The notes beneath the pieces are model-generated. The model did no database searches. It saw only the letters and a list, made by a program, of their open reading frames with translations, and had not been told where the DNA came from. The translations under genes and the position numbers were made by a program. Shown piece by piece: positions 60,076-64,000 of a stretch of DNA of 64,000 nucleotides (the stretch's first letter is position 1; each line of letters begins with the position of its first letter). The stretch is from Lama glama. Lineage: Eukaryota. Location of the stretch: positions 44,268,001 to 44,332,000 of the forward strand of contig CM052822.1 of NCBI GenBank assembly GCA_028534125.1, read 5' to 3'.

Positions 60076-60689
60076 CAACTATTTTGGGGAAAGGGGAGGG
60101 GATTTCCAGGAATTAGGCCACTGCCCACTTTTGGGTCTTTTATGCTCAGACTGGGATCTGTCATGGCACCGGTGGTGTGTCGTTTAGTGTCCTAGTACAT
60201 TGCAATGAGTGTATAATGAGGCTCAAGGTCCATTGGAAGGCAAATCCTCCACCATCTTGGGCCTGGTTGGTTCTAACCAGTTTATGTCCTATCTTCAGTT
60301 GCTGTGCCATTCTTTTAATGGTGGTGCCCAGCCCCCTTCCCTCCTGTCTCACTGGGAAGAGATGAAGCTCTTGGAGAGACATTTCAGCCCTTGCCTTCCT
60401 TAGAAGAACCACTACATCCTGGTTGGGTTTCCAGCCAGCAAAGGGTCTTCTCAGCAGGGGGTGGGCAGCATTGTTGTCCGGGAAACAGTCTTCAGCACAA
60501 CACCATGTGGCAGGAAAACTACCACCAGAACTGAATGGGTCAGCTCCAGTTCTCTCTCCTGTGGGTGTGGAAGCTGGGCCAACCCACTCTAGGTGGCATA
60601 AGGACAATTAGGGGCATAGGGGCATGAGAAGCCTCAACAGGGAAATACTTGTTTTCTAACGATAGGGTATATGGTGTGAAAAATTATTT

Positions 60690-61150
60690 TGTGGCAAAAA
60701 CTGTTGTCTGCTGACCCAACAATTCTTCTCTGGAAGAACCTTTTTTGCAAGAACTCACCTCCCATCACAGAGTTAAAATGCCAAGTGCTCCCTCTCAGAC
60801 TATCCTGGTATGTGGTCCAGTTTTGATCAATGAGACCATGAGATAGTTTACCAGGAGCTTGAGGGGGAAACTGATAGAGAGGGATAGGCAAAGAAAACTT
60901 GCCTCTTTCTTTCTTGTTGTAAACACAGTTTGAGTGTGGGCATGACAGTTGGAGCTGTGACAGCAATATTGTGACCATGAGGGAAAACCCAGGAGAATTA
61001 CAAGTATGTCAATTCAGAGCTCCGTCGCTCACCAGCCACCAAACCAACCTTGGAATGACCTATGTCATGACTTCTTGTGAGAAAAAAATCCCCTCCATTT
61101 ATAAGTGTCTTTTAGTCGGATATTCTATTATTTGCATTTGAAAATGTTTC
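60690..61150 (+). mobile_element. MaLR LTR (MLT1J-like)
   Basis: TGTGGCA...GGAGCTGTGACAGCAATATTGTGACCATGAGG...GACTTCTTGTGAGAAAAA...TATTCTATTATTTGCA. Confidence 0.7.
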
Positions 61151-61154
61151 CATT

Positions 61155-61560
61155 GATTAGCAACGTCTTTGGCTGTAAATGACAGAAAACCCAACTAAGC
61201 CGGGCCTAAGTCATAGAGACATATACTATTTACTTAACAAAGAGACTACAGGTGGACAATCCTAAGGTTGGTTCACTGGCTCAGCCATGTTACCAAGAAC
61301 TCAGACTTTTTCCACACGTCTCTAATAGATTTTGACCTTTAGTTGTTGCCTCATGATTGCAAGATGGCTGCTGGCAATTCCAAACACTCCATCCTGGCAC
61401 AGGTTGGGAAGGGAAGAGGAGAGCAGAAAGGGGTCCTCCTCCCCAGCTACCACTCTATTATCAGGGAAGAACGTCCTTCTCAGGACCACATGCCCCTCCA
61501 TAGTCCGCTCACTGGGGAAAAGGAATGAGACTGCCGTTAACGACTAGAATCAGGTACCGC
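61155..61560 (-). mobile_element. MaLR LTR (MLT1K/L-like)
   Basis: GGCTGTAAATGACAGAAAACCCAACT...CCTCATGATTGCAAGATGGCTGCT. Confidence 0.7.
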
Positions 61561-61804
61561 TGGGCATCTGCACTCTTCTTCTCCCTCTACTCTCCTTCTT
61601 TTTCAGCATGTCTGCTGCCCTTGCTTGCAACCCTCTGATGATGCTATATTCTTCGGGTTTCTACTAAGGAGCAGCGCATGGTTTATATATACCCTTTGAG
61701 CTTTACCCTGTCAGTGGGGCCCTGAGCAGGTTGTGTGTTCCGCAGCACTACTCTTTGCAGGTGCTGGTTCCACCGCTTCTCTCCCTAGATGCAGACCTTA
61801 GAGG

Positions 61805-62023
61805 AGTAGTTCTTTACAAGGCATGGTTTTGCACACACTCTCCCAATGGACATTTGGTAATAACTGGAGACATTTTTAGTTTTCACAACTGAGGAGGTGG
61901 TAGTGCTACTGGCACCTAGCAGGTCGAGGCCAAGGATGTTGCTAACCATCCTTCAATGCGCAGGACAGCCCCCGCCACAAGAATGGTCCAGACCAACATG
62001 CCAAGGTTGAGGAACATGGCCCT
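61805..62023. mobile_element. MER20 hAT-Charlie MITE
   Basis: GGACATTTGGTAATAACTGGAGACATTTTT...GCTACTGGCACCTAG...GAGGCCAAGGATGTTGCTAACCATCC...GCGCAGGACAGCCCCC. Confidence 0.9.
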
Positions 62024-62759
62024 GGAGGATGGGACCAGGCCAGAAAGCCACCTTTCCTCCCCCCTTTTCTTCATGCCTTGTTGCTTTCGTCCCAGGCCCT
62101 TCGAGAATGTCCATATTCTATGCCTCCCTCCCAGGACACGAACTTGCCCCTGGACAGTGGCAGTGACCAAGTAAACACCACAAAGAAGACACCAAATACT
62201 TGTGTCAATTCACTGATTAAACAAATCTCTTCTCAGTCTGTTTTCACTTTTGGAAAAATCACAGCAATCACTTGCATGACTTTTGTACAAAGTTACAAAG
62301 TGTTGCAGCATCAGTGACAGTGTCTCCAGTGGCCATGGCATCAGAGGCAGGCACTGTGGGAGGAACGTGGCCGGTTCCATCCGCTTCTGTTGATGGGCTT
62401 CGGAAGTGAGCGAAAGGGCAGCGCAGTCGCTTTCTAAAATGAAGACTTGTCTAGGCACTCAGCCCTGTTCACTTGCCTATATCCACTGGACTCAAGTGAT
62501 AAAGTTACCTTCCCTTTAGAGTTGTCATTTCTTAGTTTTCTCTCCTTTCTACAATATACCTTCTCATTCTTATCCCATTTTCATGCAAAAAGAGAGATGG
62601 AGACCAGCAAATGAGGGAAGGGGAGGAAGTCCCGCACACACTGAAGCAGGTCTCTCTTCTTGTCGGAGCCGGAGGTGGCTGTTTCTGGGGACATTTCAGA
62701 GTTCTCTCCTGAAGTAATCATTCCACTTGGAGACTGTAGAAGTTGAGACGCAGGTTTGG

Positions 62760-63185
62760 CTGGTTTGGCTACCATTATAAAGAGATCCCCACCCCAGTAC
62801 ATTGTCTGAAATAAGTTAGAAGTTTCTCACTTACGTAACCACCTGTTTAGATGGTCTCAGGCCGGTAGGGTGGCTCAGTGATGTCTAGACCCCCACCCCG
62901 TCCCTTTGCTCCACCATCCTTGTCAGGCAGCTTCTACCTCATTGTCAAGGCTGGCTGCACTGTCTCCCATGATCACAACCCACATTCCAGCCAGCCGGAG
63001 TGGAGCACTCCCCTGACTTGCAAGGGTCATTACCTGCAAGCTGCATTCATCATTTCTGCTCAAACGCGGTTGACCAGAACTTAGTCATACGGCTCCATCA
63101 AGCTACAAGGGGTTTGGACTGGGAAATGCAGCCACTGTGTTGGGAGGCCCAGTGCGCTCGCTACCACGTGAATGTTCTGTCACTT
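62760..63185 (-). mobile_element. MaLR LTR (MLT1J/K-like)
   Basis: CACATTCCAGCCAG...GACCAGAACTTAGTCATACGGC...AGCTACAAGGG...CTGGGAAATGCAG. Confidence 0.7.
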
Positions 63186-63189
63186 AAGA

Positions 63190-63335
63190 ACTTGCTAAAT
63201 GCCATGCTCTGTGTTGGATTTTACAAGAATTACTTGGTTTAATCCTCACAGTAAAAACAGATACTCTTCTAGTCTCCATGTTACAAATGAGGAAGCTGAG
63301 GTACAGAAAAGCTCCCCCCAGAAAGTGACCCTGAT
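63190..63335 (-). mobile_element. MIR
   Basis: TTTAATCCTCACAG...TTACAAATGAGGAAGCTGAGG. Confidence 0.7.
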
Positions 63336-63822
63336 TTGTCGAGACAGTGCCAGTGGGGACATGGTAAAGGGGGATGAGAAGTAAGACGGGGGTGGTGGGG
63401 AAGCCAGCAAGGGCTCCATTTCAGACAAAGTCCCCCTCCCTCCCCACCAACCAGATCCCGATCCTTCGGGAGGCTCTCAAATGGGAGTTGCATCTTGGAA
63501 TTTGCCTTTGAGGCAAGGAAGCTGAGTGTCCACATGCTCACTGCAGTCAGGTGCTAGTGGGTCTCCCAGGCCTTTGCACCTGCTGCCCAACCAGCTCCAG
63601 GAGCTCAGGAGGCTAGGGGACCTTGGTGGGGCACCATGGTGTCCCTTGACCCATCTGCTCAAAATCCCCTCCCTGCACAGCCTCCAGACACCTGGTTAAG
63701 ATAGTCCTGGGAGCAAGGCCACACAGCAGAATTTTGGTCTCAGCTGTCCTGCCTCCCCCGTCCCCTCCCACACACATACCACTCTGATCACAGTTTGAGG
63801 GTATTTGCTCTGAAAAAGTCCT

Positions 63823-63960
63823 TCATTCATTCAGTCCATGAACATTTATTGAGCACCTTCTATATGCCAGGCCTTGACTGGGGGCTGGAGACACAAAGAC
63901 AGTGATCCAGTCCCTCCAAGAGTCCCAAGGCTGAAGGGCAGTAAAGACAGGAAAATGAAT
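63823..63960 (-). mobile_element. L2 3' end
   Basis: TCATTCATTC...AACATTTATTGAGCACCTTCTATATGCCAGGC...GCTGGAGACACAAAG. Confidence 0.8.
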
Positions 63961-64000
63961 GGATTTTAGCTTGAGAATAATCAACATGATAGAGACTTGC

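Larger units (their letters stand above)
58753..60297 (-). mobile_element. Solo ERV1-class LTR split by an L1 insertion
   Basis: TGTTGCAGG...GGCTTCATGCAGGAAAAAATTTAAGAGCAAGCCATAGTAGAGTGAAAGTAGATTTA, and distal part ...CCATCTTGGGCCTGGTTGGTTCTAACCAGTT...CCTATCTTCA. Confidence 0.65.

Noticed and set aside
59479-60195. Long ORFs containing X runs (also near 3.9, 12.3, 15.6, 38.7, 46.7 and 54.3 kb)
   Set aside because: Artefacts of translating through N gaps.
1-64000. Six-frame ORF track as protein-coding genes
   Set aside because: The ORFs are short, overlap on both strands, often use non-ATG starts, lack recognisable domains, and mostly lie in repeats or GC-rich DNA. This pattern is expected by chance.

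Overview
Mammalian nuclear DNA, most likely camelid (alpaca, vicuna or camel). This rests on a Vic-1-type tRNA-derived SINE at ~20.6 kb and young cetartiodactyl-type LINE-1 3' ends. The draft assembly has seven N-gaps. I find no protein-coding gene, RNA gene or CRISPR array that I can support, and the ORF track looks like chance ORFs plus decayed L1 pieces. The window reads as an intergenic or large-intron region dense in transposon fossils: L1 of several ages, L2, MIR, MaLR/MLT1 and ERV1-type LTRs, Tigger1, MER5, MER20 and MER63. All family assignments come from recalled consensus similarity, not from a search. The observations most worth following up are: (1) a heavily decayed Tip100-group hAT transposase fossil at ~55.1-56.9 kb, visible only by reading motifs across frameshifts; (2) a mostly divergently oriented cluster of CTCF motifs at 4.5-8.1 kb; (3) a compact module of three MEF2 sites with an E-box, GC-box and GATA site at ~49.7-50.0 kb; (4) a recent ~170-bp local duplication copied into an old L1 fragment, plus an older one nearby; (5) patches of strongly AT-to-GC-shifted repeats suggesting GC-biased gene conversion; (6) an L1MD-like element reduced to fused 5' and 3' ends; (7) a solo LTR retaining CCAAT, CRE and TATA motifs. 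I see no evidence of a new multi-gene system.
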